In this document: positions 1 to 13,120 of the stretch, piece after piece | Numbering within the stretch: the stretch's first letter is position 1 | Layout: each line of letters opens with the position of its first letter | Source of the DNA: Chiloscyllium plagiosum | Lineage: Eukaryota | Direction of reading: 5' to 3' | DNA length: 64,000 nucleotides | NCBI RefSeq assembly: GCF_004010195.1 | Contig: NC_057753.1 | Span: 8,341,309 to 8,405,308 of the forward strand | Position numbers and translations under genes: made by a program | The notes under the pieces: model-generated | Told to the model about the DNA's origin: nothing | Databases searched by the model: none | Seen by the model: only the letters and a program-made list of their open reading frames with translations

Positions 1-946
1 ACCTATATCAGTGATTTGGATGAGAGTGTCCGAGACATGATTGGTAAATTTGTAGATAACATTAAAATAGGTGGTATCATGGCCAGTGAGGAATGTTGTC
101 AGAAATTGCAGCAGGACCTTGATCCGCTGGTGATGTGGACCGAGAAATGATAAATGGAATGTAACATACATCAGTCTAAGGCCTTCCATTTTGGAAAGTC
201 AAATCAATGTAGAAGTTCCATGGTGAATGGTCGCGCCTTAAGGAGTGCATGCAACACAGGGACCTTGGAGTTCTGGGTCACGGTTCTCTGAAAGTAAAGT
301 CACAGGTAGAAAGGGCAGTGAAGAAGGTTTTTGGCATACTGGCCTTCATCGGGGCATTGATTATTGAGATTAGGAAGCTGTGTTACAGGTATATAGGACG
401 TTTGTGAGACGGCATTTGGAGTATTGTGCTCAGTTTTGGTCAGCTTGCAAAGAATGCAGAAGGAATTTACAAGGATGTTGTCTGGACTCAAGGATCTGGG
501 TTCTAGGGAGAGTTTAGACAAGCGAGGACATTTTACTTTAGAGCATAGGAGATTGAGGGCAGATCCCATAGCAGTGTATAAGATCATGTAAGGCATGAAT
601 AGGGTCAAAGCATTTAGTCGTTTTTTGCCCACAGTTGGGGAATCGAGGACTAGAGCGCCTCAATTTAAGGTTAGTGGGGAAAGAATAAAAGGGAACGTGT
701 GGGTCAACGTTTTTATACAGAGGATGGTATGTATATGAAATGACCTGCTAGCAGAAGTGGTTGAGTCTGATACATTAACACCATATTAGGCATTTGAACA
801 ACTACAAAGATAGAAAAGATTTAGAAGCACATGGACCAAGTGCAGATAAGTGGGGTTACCGTGAATGGACATTTTGGGTTAGCATGGGCCAGTTTTGGCA
901 AAAGGGGCTGTCTCCGTGTTGTAGAACTCTATGACTCTGTGACTCT
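1..946 (+). mobile_element. CR1 LINE, decayed 3' part of ORF2 (RT C-terminus) plus 3' UTR
   Basis: Degenerate FADD-like and LEYCAQFW motifs; ends GGGGCTGTCTCCGTGTTGTAGAACTCTATGACTCTGTGACTCT (CTATGACT-type tail). Confidence 0.9.
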
Positions 947-1534
947 TTAACTGTATTCCCCGTCGTAGATTCACTACAATATGAACAAGAACGTCACAGT
1001 AAATGTGTATATAGCTTGACAATTCCAAATTCAACTGAATTGCACTCAACGTCAAGACATTCTGTTCAGTCTGTGTATATTCAGGTAAAATTCGTACATT
1101 TCAACATATTAAGTTCCTGATCAGCACAATTGAATTCATTACGGTTCGGGTTCATTCAACAATCGTTTCATGCAGGTTAGTGTAATTAGAGCTACTATGA
1201 TTACATTCATGTAGGTCAGGAATAGTTCTGGACAGTGACAATCCATACGTCTAGTTCTGAGTCAGTTATGGAGAATGATGCACAATACTTAAAGGTCCTT
1301 TTAGCGCGATTAGTTTCAGTTTAGTTACACCCTATAAATATGCCCAATTTCAGTGCTTACTGATGCAAATAAGTGTGATCATTTTGATTGAGGTAGTAAG
1401 ATGTCATCAGAACTCCTGTACATCAATGCAGAAATTTTGTTTTCGATTGCCTCCATTCATGGCTACTCAGATACTAATATAAAGGAGTCCATTTTATAAG
1501 GTAATCGTAACTGCACAAAATCCAGACATAAGCA

Positions 1535-2440
1535 AATAAGTGGCATGTAATTTTCGCGCCACACAAATGCCAGGCGATAGCCAACACCAGTAACAGACAA
1601 TCTAATCACTGCCCCTTGGCATTCAATAGTGTTACCCAGACTGAATACCCTTCTATGAGTATCGTGGGGTTACCAGCAATTCAACTGGACTCACTGCAAA
1701 AAACAAAGTTTACAAAAGCAGTTTAAACGTGAGGAGCACAGGGTTGAGTGAATCACCTCCTGACCCGCTAACGGATGTCCACCATTTACAAAGCAGGTGT
1801 GTGATGGAATTCTCCCCAGTTGCCTGGATGGCTGCACTCTCAATAACATTCAAGAACCATCCAGGACAATATGTAATCTAATCACTCGGCATATCGCCTC
1901 TCCACTTTGATCATCTGGCAGAGAATCGACTTTGGCTCAATGAAGAGTGCAAGAAGGTAAACTAAGAGCATAACTAAACAGACTAGAATATGAGACGTGG
2001 AACGGGTGAAGCTGGGAAATGGATCAGCTTGTGTGCCAAGTAAACAATTCATTGTGTAGGGAGTCTTCACAAATTTTCTCATCCTCAATGACATAACAGT
2101 CGAGTACCTTTATGTAAAAGGCAAGTCTGAAACATTTGCAACAATCTTAAGCCAGAACTTTGGATTGGATGATCCATCTCAACGTCCTCCAATAGTCCCC
2201 AGCATCAGTCTTTAGACAATTCGATTCACTTCACCTGCCATCAACAAATATTCAGAAGCTTTAAATAATGCAAAATCTCGTGGCTCTGACAACAATCCGA
2301 CAACATTCAGAAGACTTGTGCTGCAGAACGTCTTGCACTGTAAACAAGTTTTCTCAGTAAATTTACAACATTTGCATCTACCTGACAATATGGAAATTTC
2401 GAGGCCCAGTTCACAAAAATCAGCAGAATTCCAAGCAAGA
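1535..2440 (+). mobile_element. Two fragments (about 1535-1870 and 1900-2440) of a second CR1-clade LINE family, the same family as 29885-32650
   Basis: AAGTGGCATGTAATTTTCGCGCCACACAAATGCCAGGC and GCCTGGATGGCTGC resemble 31880-32230; 2090-2420 resembles 31380-31700. Confidence 0.7.
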
Positions 2441-2546
2441 TAAGTTCATATTGTAAACGTTTTCTATGAGCTTTTGAATGCATACACAGAGTCCAAATCG
2501 CGTGGTGTGCGGAGCATTGAACAGTGTTTCATCTGATGTCTTATGA

Positions 2547-3074
2547 GTGTTGGTCATTGGGTGGAGAGTGTTAGTCATTGGGGATTCAATAGTTAGAGGC
2601 TCTGATAGAAGGTTTATTGGGAACGAGCGAGACTCGCAGTTGGTGTGTTGTCCCCCAGGTGCCAGGGTCCGTGGTGTCTCGGATCGTATCTTTGGGGTCC
2701 TGAAGGGTGAGGGTGACCAGCCTCAAGTCGTTGTCCATGTAGGTACCAACGACATAGGCAGAAAGAGGGATAGAGATGGAAGGCAGGATTTCAGGGAGCT
2801 AGGGCGGAAGCTGAGAGCTGGAACAAACAGAGTTGCTATCACTGGTTTGTTACCCGTGCCACCTGATAACGAGGCAAGGAATAGGGAGAGACATCAGCTG
2901 AACACATGGCTGCAAGGATGGTGCAGGAGGGAGGGTTTCAGGTTTTTGGATAATTGGGATTCATTCCGGGGAAGGTGGGACTTGTACAAACAGGACAGTT
3001 TTCACTTGAACCAGAGAGGTACTAATACCCTCGGTGGGAAATTTGCTGGTGCTATTTGGGTGGGTTTAAACTAG
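2547..3074 (+). pseudogene. CR1 ORF1 SGNH/GDSL esterase domain (5'-truncated)
   Basis: GDS, GxND and DxxH blocks in an open 175-aa frame directly upstream of the APE domain. Confidence 0.9.
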
Positions 3075-5898
3075 TTCAGCAGGGGGATGGGAACCGGAAG
3101 TGTATTTGCAGTGCACAGGAGGATGACAGTAGGAAGGACTGCGACAGGATTCCAGGGTCACAGGAATGTGCTGGCAGACAGCATACTGGTTTGAAGTGTG
3201 TCTACATCAACGCCAGAAGTATCCGAAATTAGGTAGGTGAGCTTGCAGCATGGATAGATACCTGGGACGCTGATGTTGTGGTCATTTCGGAGACATGGAT
3301 AGAGCAGGGTAAGGAATAGATGTTGTAGGTTCCAGGGTTTAGACCTTTCATTAAAAACAGGCAAGGCGGTAACAGAGGGGGAGGCGTGGGCTTCTTAGTT
3401 AAAGACAGTATAACGGTGGCTGAGAGAATGTTTGACGAGGACTCGTCTGCTGAGGTAGTGTGGGCTGGGGTTAGAAACAGGGGAGGAGAGGTCACACTGC
3501 TTGGAGTTTTTTTATAGGCCTCCGTAGAGTTCCAGGGAGGTGGAAGAGAGGATTAGCAAAATTAATCTCGGTAGGAGTTAAAGGAACAGGGTGGTAATTA
3601 TGGGGACTTTAACTTCCCCAATACTGAGTGGAAATGTTATAGCTCTAGGACGTTGGATGGATCAGTTTTTTGTCCAATGTGTACAGGAGGGTTTCCTGAC
3701 ACAGTATGTCGAAGGGCCGACAAGAGGGGAGGCCACATTGGATCTGGTGCTTGGAAATGAACCAGACCAGGTGTTGGACTTAGTTGGAGGTGAGCACTTT
3801 GGAGAGAGTGAACATAATTCAGTTACGTTTAGTTTAGCGATTGAAAGGGATAGGTACATGCCACAGGTCAAGACCTATCGATGGGGCAAGGGCAATTAGA
3901 ATGTGATTAGGCAAGAATTAGGATGCATAGAATGGGGTAGCAAAATGCAGGGGATGCAGACAATGGAAATGTGGAGCTGGTTTAAGGAACAGATGTTGCG
4001 TAAACCTTGATAGGTATGTCTCTGTCAGGCAGGGAGGAAGTGATAAGTTAAGGGAACCGTGGTTTCCAACAGAAATTGCATCGCTTGTTAAGAAGAAGAA
4101 AGAGGCTTACGTGTTGATGAGGCAAGATGGTACAGATGAGGCGATGGAGAGTTACAGATCAGCTAGGAAGGATTTAAAGAGAGAGTTAAGAAGAGCAAAG
4201 AGAGGACACGAGCAGCCTTTAGCAAATAGAATAAAGGAGAACCCTAAAGCTTTCAATAGGTATGTGAGGAGTAAAAGGATGATTAGAGTAGGAATAGGGC
4301 TAGTCAAAGACAGAAGTGGGAAGTTGAGTGTGGACCCTGTAGAGATCGGAGAGGTACTAAATAAACATTTCTCATCGGTGTTCATTCAGGAAAAGGAGAA
4401 TATTGTGCAGGAGAAGAATGAAGTCCGAGACATTCGACTAGAAATGGTCGAGGTTAGTTACGCACAAGTGTCATTCTAGAAAGAGTGAAAGTAGACAAGT
4501 CCCCTGAGCCGGATGGGATTTATCCGAGGATTCTCTGGGAAGCTAGGGAGGAGATAGCAGAGCCTTTGGCTTTGATATTTCAGTTGTCATTGCCGACAGG
4601 TTTAGTACCTCAGGACTGGAGGATTGCAAATGCTGTGCCCTTATTCAAGAAAGCCAGCAGAGATGACCCAGGTAATTATAGACCAGTGAGCCTTACTTCT
4701 GTTGTAGGACAGGTTTTGGAAAGGATTATAAAATATAAGATTTATAAACATCTAACAAGCAACATTTTAATTCCAGATAGTCAACATAGTTTCATCAAGG
4801 GCAGATCGTGTCTCACAAACCTCATTGAGTTTTTTGAGAAAGTGACCAAGCATGTGGGTGAGGTTAGGGCAGTTGATGTGGTATACATTGACTTCAGTAA
4901 AGCCTTTGATAAGCTTCCACATGTAAGCTGATGGAGAAACTGCTGAGGCATGGAATCGAGGGTGATTTAGCAGTTTGCATTAGAAGCTGGCTTTCTGAAA
5001 GAAGGCAGCGAGTGGTGGTTGATGGCAAATATTCAGCCTGGAGTCCAGTTACTAATGGTGTGCCACAAGGATCTGTTTTGGGACCACTGTTGTTTGTCAT
5101 TTTTATAAATGACTTAGACGCAGGCATAGGTGGATCGATTAATGCATTTGCAGACGACACTAAAGTCGGTGGAGTAGTGGACAGTTTGGAAGAATGTTAC
5201 AGGTTGCAGGGGAACTTGGATAAACAGCAGAATTGGGCTGAGAGGTGGCAAATGGAGTTCAATGCAGCTAAATGTGAGGTGATGCACTTTGGGAAGAATA
5301 ACAGGAAGGCAGAGTACCGGGTCAATGGAAAGGTACTTGGTAGTGTGGATGTGCAGAGGGATCTTGGATTTCATGTGCATAGATCCCTGAAAGTTGCCAC
5401 CCTGGTGTATATTGCTGTTTAGAAGGCGTATGGTGTGTTAGGTTTCATTTGTAGATGGATTGAGTTCCGGAGCCGCATTATCATGCTGCAACTATACAAA
5501 ACGCTGGTGCGGCCACACTTGAAATATTGCGTACAGTTCTGGCCGCCCCATTACAGGAAGGATGTGGAATTATTGGAAAAGGTGCAGAGGAGATTTACCA
5601 GGATGTTGCCTGGTCTGGAGGGAAGGTCTTCTGAGGAAAGGTTGAGAGACTTGGGTCTGTTCTCATTGGAAAGAAGAATGCTAAGAGGTATTTGGTAGAG
5701 ACATACAAGATGATCAGAGGATTAGATAGGGTAGACAGTGAAAAACATTTTCCTCGGATGATGACGTCAGCTTGTACAAGAGGGCATAACTACAAACTGA
5801 GGTGTGATAGATTTAAGACAGATGTCAGAGGCAGGTTCTTTATGCAGAGTGGTAAGGGCGTGGAATGCCCTATCTGCTAATGTAGTCAACTCAGCCAA
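2547..5898 (+). mobile_element. Long CR1 LINE: ORF1 esterase domain, ORF2 APE endonuclease and RT, frameshifted, 3' tail missing
   Basis: VIGDSIVR...HVGTND...HLN (SGNH esterase); YINARSIRN, ETW, LDLVL (APE); PGNYRP, QHSF, PQGSVLGP, FADD (RT). Confidence 0.97.
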
Positions 5899-6879
5899 GT
5901 GACCAATACAACGACTTCTTTTCCTGCTGCCTTCCCTTCTCAGTGATCCTGTGATTTTGTAAGTGCCCCGACACAATATTGTATAATACTTCCAAGGACA
6001 ACAGTGTCCAAGCAAAAAACACATTTCCTATTTTACGTTCAGTTTTCAACAGTCACGGAATTTGCCATCGAATTAGAAAAGTAGGTCTGCAAATGAATGT
6101 GATTCTTGTGCTCTGGTGGTTGCTTCTCCTCAGTCTAAGACTGCTCTCAGTAGACATATCTGAAAACCGTTCCACAGTATTTTCACGGCTTCATCTTCAA
6201 CTGCAACCGGTAGAATGTGCAAGATGAGAAATGTTAGGGCTGATGCCTTGTTCATGGAATTTGTTCATGGAAGTATAAAGTACATCAGTATAAAGTTAAG
6301 TTTTACTGATGTACTGTCTTTAATTGATTGGAAGTGTCGAAGCCTCGAAAATGTTTCCAAAACATAAATCCCATGGCGCTCATTTTCAGAATGAGGAAAT
6401 TCTTGATAAAACTATTAAGAAATTTGTTTCAATATTGTTTGTGACTGTCTCACTGCAGATAGAGTAGATGCTGCACGGAGGTTCAGTGAGCGGGATAAAA
6501 TCTCCCTGTGATTTCCTGAGCCTGTGCACGGTTTATTGGGAGGCTTACTGCTATTTGATGTACAGGAAGCCACTGATTGAAGCTGCAGCCACCACTTTCT
6601 GCTGGCACTGGCGGTTTGAAAGGTCGTGGAAAGTTTCCCTGCTTATCGTCTCTCACTCACTTTGGAGTAGGGGAAGACAGAATTAATAAGCGGCTTGTTT
6701 GTCCACCTGAAACGTGGGTTAGATTCACTTTATTAACCGTGATGGTGATGCCTTCCCTCAACGTAGGCAGTGAAATTCTCAATCCTTTTTGAGAATACAA
6801 CACACAATCATGCACAGTGCAATTCATTCAGTTTTTTTTTTTAAATGCCATTACTACCTGCTCCATTGTTGCCTTTATT

Positions 6880-7640
6880 CGTCACTGTGACTGGTCATAA
6901 AACAAAGCCTGGTATCGTCATATTCACAGAATCACACCTGATGGATATTGTCTCATGAGCACAAACACCACACCTGGGTATATTTTGTCCTATCGGTATG
7001 ACAGGTCCACCAACGATGGCGGCTCAATGGCGTACAGTCGAGCAAGGAGTTGCCCTGGAATTCTTCAATACTGATTCCAGAACGCAAGAAATATCACAGT
7101 AACAGGTTAAAGATGGTCAAGGAAATAGTGCAATGAATGATATCTACTGAGCTCTCCTTGATGTTGAAGATTTAAGGGAACGCAGATGGTGGCAATGGCA
7201 CAGAAAATATTTTGAGTGTGGTGCCTCAAATTCCATCACCAAGCGTTACCTCAGTAGAACTGAGCAGGGAAAGGCATAAAACGTGCACCAGCTGAGCTGT
7301 GCATAGTGATGAGTGAATAAGCAAGAGCGAAGCATTTTCATCAACCTACTTGTCAAAGATGGATATGTCTCTAACATTGTCTCTAGGACTGTCCAATACA
7401 CAGTCCATCCTCACATTGACGATGCTGTCCACTGTGTTGCAAGTCATTACCTCCTGCGAAATAGGGCAAACCTCTAAAGGATGGAACCAATTGAAATTGA
7501 GCATCCATGAGGCATTTAGGGACACCACTAGCTGCAACATCAATGACATATCCTCCAACATTCAATGAGAAGGAGACTATTTGCTGATGATTCCATAGTG
7601 TTCAGCATCCTTCACAAGTACATCTATATTGAACCTGTCT
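6880..7640 (+). mobile_element. Decayed fragments of the second CR1-clade LINE family (APE region and an FADD segment)
   Basis: CCTGGGTATATTTTGTCCTATCGG...GGAGTTGCCCTGGAATT parallels 30395-30490; TTTGCTGATGAT at about 7580. Confidence 0.7.
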
Positions 7641-8821
7641 ATTCAGCCCATCAAGATTTTTATAAAAGGAGCAGAATGTGACCTTTCAGCCATTTAAGCT
7701 TGTTAATCAGGAGTAGGTGGAGTTATCGAGAGTAGGTGGAGAGTCTGTAGGTAGATGACAGTGGGCAAAATGTTGACAGATGTAACATAACATCGGGAAC
7801 GTTGAATTTGTCAATTTATTAGGAAAAATAAATGGTTGTACACTACATAAATTGGAAGAAATTGCATGATTGTTTTGGTGCAGTGCATTTTGGAGAGTTC
7901 ACTCTGACCATATCATCGAAATGTTATCCCACCTCCCTAATGGCCTGTTCTCTGACTTTACCAATGGGTGTATTGTTCTTCGTACTCATGGAGTATTTTA
8001 ATGTGTCTGGTTAGCGATGGGGAGTGGTGAGGGAAAGGAATTGTTGAACCGAGCCTCAAGGGGGTAGTCATTTTCAAAGAAGACTTCCGTTCTTTCTGCA
8101 TGGACAGTATAAAACGATGGGAAAGACTGAATGCATTTGAATGAAGAGGTTTTGGCTGCTGCCAGGTCAGTGGGTACTAACCAACATGATAAACTCTACA
8201 TGGTCACACTCGAACATTAATGGAGTGATTGTTTGGAGGGTCCAATCACAAGAATGCGAACATAAAGACATTGTTAGATTGACTGAAACGTTTGATTATA
8301 TCGAAGTTCAATAAACCTCATAGAAACAGCACAGACACCATTAACACAGATACCAGACACCAGATGAGAACTTTTTTCAGTACAGAACACTATGCACGTC
8401 AGGCGAGTGCACCACCCAGTATACTAACAATCTGCTCAAAGTGGAACATTGAAAACCACTCCTGTGCGTTGTTGTGCAATCTCGGACAAGATGTGTTTTC
8501 AGCATGGGCAACTACGCAGATCACATCAATGCATTCGTCTACAAACCCAGGCTGGACATCTGTCAGCATGGGCAACTACGCAGACTGTAATTGAGTTCAC
8601 GTATCAACTAACCAGCATCCCGATGGTGCCCCTGTTATTCAATACCAGGCCGCTTTTCCCACACTTGATAGCTGGAGGTACTCGCCATCACCAGGATGCC
8701 CCTGGATATTCCGTGATCTCTAGCATTGGTAGTAACTTTAATAGGCCAATGGAAACATGGTTGAGCTTTCTCAGTTCTGAACTGCTCGGCATGGTAAGCA
8801 TCGAGCGTGGCAGATGAGGGG

Positions 8822-9200
8822 CAATGGCACCTCGATTTGCCGCCAGGGGCCTGGAGGTCTTGCCAATGGGATAGTATAGAGAAGGACCACCCTCTTTCCA
8901 GAGGAGGTCGAGGCAGCAAACCCACCGAGTCTGGTTTGAGATTATAACCTAGCTCAGTGCATTGTCTGCTCAGAAGAAATGTCCTCCTATGCAGGACAAG
9001 CATCAACGACCTTCCCCACTCTTCCAGGAAAAGTGTTGTCAGGTTCTCTTTACTCCTATACAGTAATTGTACATCAACATTGCGCCCACCTTTGAACAAG
9101 GGTCATGCGCAACCACACTCACTATTGCGTGCAACACCTTCCTATCCCTTCTCTTTCTCGTCCCATCTCCTCTAAGCACCTATACTAAGAACACTGCATA
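8822..9200 (+). mobile_element. PIF/Harbinger Myb/SANT-like (NAIF1-type) ORF remnant: exon 1 and adjacent intron
   Basis: Across frameshifts reads MAPRF..LEVL..RRTTLFP...WFEI..LSALS..KK..CRTSINDL..SSR, the pattern of trihelix Myb/SANT domains of Harbinger ORF2. Confidence 0.65.
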
Positions 9201-9389
9201 GAATGAGCATACCATTCTGCATACCATTTCCCCAACCTACACATGCAGTAAAAGCGTTGCCACCTCCTTTCACCATTAATCACGATCTCCCTTTCGCTTA
9301 GACTAGGCTCTGGTAAGACAATAACCATGATACCAAGACAGTATTCGACTGACAATATCGGTGGAACTCAAATAAATAGAACTGAATGG

Positions 9390-9680
9390 AAATCAGTGTA
9401 CACCCTTCGTTGGTAGGGACATTCATAGTACATAGGAAGATGTTTGTGGTTTTGGACGTCAATAATCTTAGTCTCGGGACATCTCTACAGGAGATCCTCA
9501 GGGTAGCTTCCTCAGCACAACAACCTTCGCTGCTTCATCAATGTCGTTCATGCATCACGGGTTAACAAGCGGGGATGTTCACTGAAGATTTCACAATGTT
9601 CGGAACAATTTGTCACCACTCTGCTCCTAAAGCAATCTATGTCCAGCAAGACGGGACAACAGTTTGAGCTGTGAAAGTGT
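9390..9680 (+). mobile_element. RT-core fragment of the second CR1-clade LINE family
   Basis: CCTCAGGGTAGC (PQGS), TGCTTCATCAAT (CFIN), ATGTTCACTGAAGAT (degenerate FADD). Confidence 0.75.
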
Positions 9681-10069
9681 ACGTACATTCATTCAGCAGT
9701 GCGAGACACTGCATATTTCTGCAGTAAAAAGTGAAACTCGTTACACACCTCAAACTGGTTTCACAGGAATGTGAGGGGGCCATTCAGTCTATTGGCGTTA
9801 TTGGACAAGAAGAAGAATAGCCCATTCTGTCCCTCATACCAAATACAGAGAAAAGAAGGAACCTAGTTAGCTCATTGAGCTGTTCAACAGGAACGGCCCA
9901 AGCCCAATCTATCCCTTGAACCTGTTCCATGGGGCCGGAAACAGGCCATTCACTGTTTCCATTCACATCTAAAGAAACAGGAGAAGTTCATTGGCGCTCG
10001 AACATAACAAACCAATGGATCAGGTCCTGCACAATAGACTGTTCCACGTTGTTCCTCGTGGAAAACACG

Positions 10070-10250
10070 TTATCTGAACGTGGTTTTCTAGCGGTGAGAA
10101 GAGAAGCCAAATCCTTTGTGCCAAGTCTCAAGGACGAGTCTTTCATCTCGACTTGACAAATGTGTGTTCCCTTTGGAGGCAAGAAGCTGGTGGGAAGGGT
10201 TGCCTGCTCCTGAATGAACATGTTGTGGTTGTTGTCGGGATTGTGCACAA
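10070..10250 (+). mobile_element. Possible heavily decayed Tx1/L1-type ORF2 C-terminal fragment
   Basis: LAVRREAKSFV resembles the WLxVRRxLxxxSF stretch before the C-terminal zinc knuckle; the similarity is weak. Confidence 0.3.
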
Positions 10251-11259
10251 CGTGTTATTCAGTGAAGGATCACACAAGAGTAGCACCCTAATGTGGTAAC
10301 AGATTATTCAAAGCCTGGACCATTCCTCTCGAACGACATGGAGAGGCGGGGGTTGTGGGCGATGTCATTGGAGACACCTAAACTACCGAGAACCACGTAT
10401 CCTCAGCGAAAACAATCCATGGAATTCATATCAGCGTTTGTTTAGAATTTAATAAGAGACAATTCACAACCCTCGTTTCAGTGCAATCACATTTTAATCT
10501 CCCACAGCGTGACAGGTTATCTTTCACTCACTCCTCATTGATACTGGAATCTCAGGGATTAGTCTGGCGAATATCCTTTGGGTTCTTTCTGTCGCAAGGA
10601 TAACATTCCTTATAAATGAGACTAAGTCTGTACGCAATGCCTTAAATACTGCCACAACAAGATTTTTAGGATTCATCGCAATATTTCTTTTGCCTCACTT
10701 CCCTTGCTCTGTTTCTTTCTTGCGTTTTAAGAACTATTCTTTCTCTAAGCAATGCGACTCTACCTCAGCAGCAATAAATCCTGCACCAGAGGTACTTGCG
10801 GAAATGAACGTCACTCTCAGCAGAGAAACACAGGGAGAAAGAAATATACTTGAAATCGGGAATTGCTACATACCTACATGGAAATGATATGAAGAAGTGC
10901 GGGAAAAAAATCAGAGGACGGCAGTTATCTTTAGTTTTGCTCATCTTTCAGGGGATGTGCTTGTCGTGGTTAGGACAATGTTTTATGACTACCTTGAACG
11001 GAACAGCTTGCTCGGCTGTTCCACAGGACAGTGAAGAATAAACCGTATTGTTGTGTGTCTGCAGTTACACTGAGTCCAGACGACCGAAGGATTGCACATT
11101 ACCTACCTAAACGTCATCAGGAAAGCAGATGAGCTTTTTATACCAAATGCTTATGGTTTCTTCGTCTCTGTTTAAACGTCACCAATTTCTTTCATCAGAT
11201 ATCCAGAAATGACCACAGATTGTAATTGTGTTCCTCCAGATTATTATTTAATGACTTGA

Positions 11260-12062
11260 TCACCGTGCACTGTCTTTGCATCGAACAGATTCATGCAAAA
11301 AACAAATAAGGAAATACGAGCAGCAGAAGACAGGAAAGTACCTGTACAGTGTATTCAAGGAAATTGGGTACCTGATAAACACTGTCTGCAGATTCTTAAA
11401 CAGCAAACCCAAACAAGAAGTCACTGCACACCCAGAGGCTCTCGCAACACAACCACACATCAAAGACATCTCAGAGATGACGACTGGACTACTCCAATCC
11501 ATTGGCATCATGGTATCTCATAAACCTACCAATACACTGAAATCAAACCGGTGGTTAGCACTGCTGCCTCACAGCGCCAGAAACCTGGGTTCAATTCCCG
11601 CCTCAGGCGACTGACTGTGTGGAGTTTGCACGTTCTCCCCGTGTCTGCGTGGGTTTCCTCCGGGTGCTCCGGTTTTCTCCCACAGTCCAAAGATGTGCAG
11701 GGTCAGGTGAATTGGCCATACTAAATTGCCCGTAGTGTTAGGTAAGGGGTAAATGTGGGGGTATGGGTGGGTTTCGCTTCGGCGTGTCGGTGTGGACATG
11801 TTGGGCCGAAGGGCCTGTTTCCACACTGTAATGTAATCTAATCTAATCTAAAAAAACTCCATGAATAAACACATCGACTTGGATCCCATTTACCAACAAC
11901 TGAGAAAAAAAGAACAGGAAATGATATAACCCACCTTATCAGATCAAGACATAAATAGAAAACAGCAGTGGTTCAGTGCAAGCTTACTGATTATGTTACC
12001 AAACTGGTGACGAAACATCTGAGAGTAAACCTACCAGCTCAGCGAGTAAATGTTCAACCTGA
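11260..12062 (+). mobile_element. Penelope-like element, 3' part (internally deleted, interrupted by a SINE)
   Basis: GYLINTV..PHIKDISE..GIMVSHKPTNTL; after the SINE, SMNKHIDLDPIY and a hammerhead-like terminus; homologous to 59690-60350. Confidence 0.85.
11549..11850 (+). mobile_element. HE1-type tRNA-derived V-SINE (slightly 5'-truncated)
   Basis: GGTTAGCACTGCTGCCTCACAGC, B-box GGTTCAATTCC, V-domain GTGTGGAGTTTGCACGTTCTCCCCGTG, CR1-like end GGGCCGAAGGGCCTGTTTCC, (TAATC)n tail. Confidence 0.95.
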
Positions 12063-12199
12063 GATAGAAAAATTCTCAAATTTCGTAGAACAAATAAACA
12101 TCTGAGGTGTATTTTTTTAGAAATTGGAATTCTGTTTGAAATTGAAGACGTTGAAGCTCATCTTTCCAAAATTTAAATATTATGAGCAGCAAAAAAAAA

Positions 12200-12740
12200 G
12201 TAATTAAAAGCATTTTCTCACATGCTTGCCTTAATTGGAAGGGGAATTGAGTATAAAGATAGACAAATTTTAATGCTGGTTTATAGAACTTTATTTAGGC
12301 CACACTTGAAATTTTACATACAGTCCTGGTCACCACACGACGATAAGTATGTGGATGCTTTGGAGAGGGTACAGAAAACTTTGAGTATGCGGTATTTTAG
12401 CTGTGAAGAAAGGTTGGATAGACTGGGTTTATTCTCCCTGCAACGCAGAAGGTGGAAGTACTATCTCGTAGAAATTCGTAAGACTGTGAATGACATGGAT
12501 AGAAAGGGAAATATGAGGCTTTTTCGCAGTGTGTACGTGTCAATTACTAGAGGACACAGGATCAAGGTGGGAGAGAGGAAGTTTAAAAGAGGTGTGCGAT
12601 CCACATTTTTCACGCAAAGGGTTGTATTTACATGGAACATATTGTCAAAGAAGGTCTTGGAAGCAGACATAATAGCAACATTACAGAAGCAGGTCGACGA
12701 ATAAATGAATAGAAAAGGAATAGAGGGATACGAGTCCTGC
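12200..12740 (+). mobile_element. CR1 LINE 3' ORF2 fragment
   Basis: RGIEYK..YRTLFRPHL..ALERVQK..RLGLFSL..FFTQRVV..WN. Confidence 0.9.
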
Positions 12741-12744
12741 CTTT

Positions 12745-13120
12745 TGAACTCCATCAACCCAGAGTCCTTTACGACCGCTCATATGTCAAATCTTTCATAA
12801 CCGGGATCATTCTTTTAAACTTTCAGTTTACCCCAAGGCCTGCATGTCCTTCCTTAGACACGAGGCCCCAAATTGCTCACAACATTCGAAACGTTCAGGC
12901 TCTCTGCCTTTATTCCTGATTTTGCCCGAAACGTCGATTTTGCTGCTCGTCAGATACTGCCTGAAATGCTGTCCTCTTCCAGCACCACTGATCCAGAATC
13001 TGGTTTCCAGCATCTGCAGTCATTGTTTTTACCTCAGACATTTTTACACCCCAGCAATGCATCTATGCTCTTGTATGCTCGCCCTCTCAAAATGAATGCT
13101 AGCCATACATTTGCCTTCTG
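12745..13120 (-). mobile_element. Minus-strand CR1 fragment containing a plus-strand Penelope terminal-repeat piece (about 12885-13035)
   Basis: GCCCCAAATTGCTCACAACATTC (EYCxQF-like on minus); GCCCGAAACGTCGATTTT...TTCCAGCATCTGCAGTC is the Penelope terminus also seen at 37430, 51720 and 63200. Confidence 0.7.

Noticed and set aside
8499..8584. 22-bp direct repeat TCAGCATGGGCAACTACGCAGA with a 42-nt spacer, CRISPR-like
   Set aside because: Only two copies, vertebrate DNA, no cas genes; a small local duplication
8635..9099. 154-aa minus-strand ORF
   Set aside because: Antisense to the Myb/SANT remnant, with no recognisable motifs
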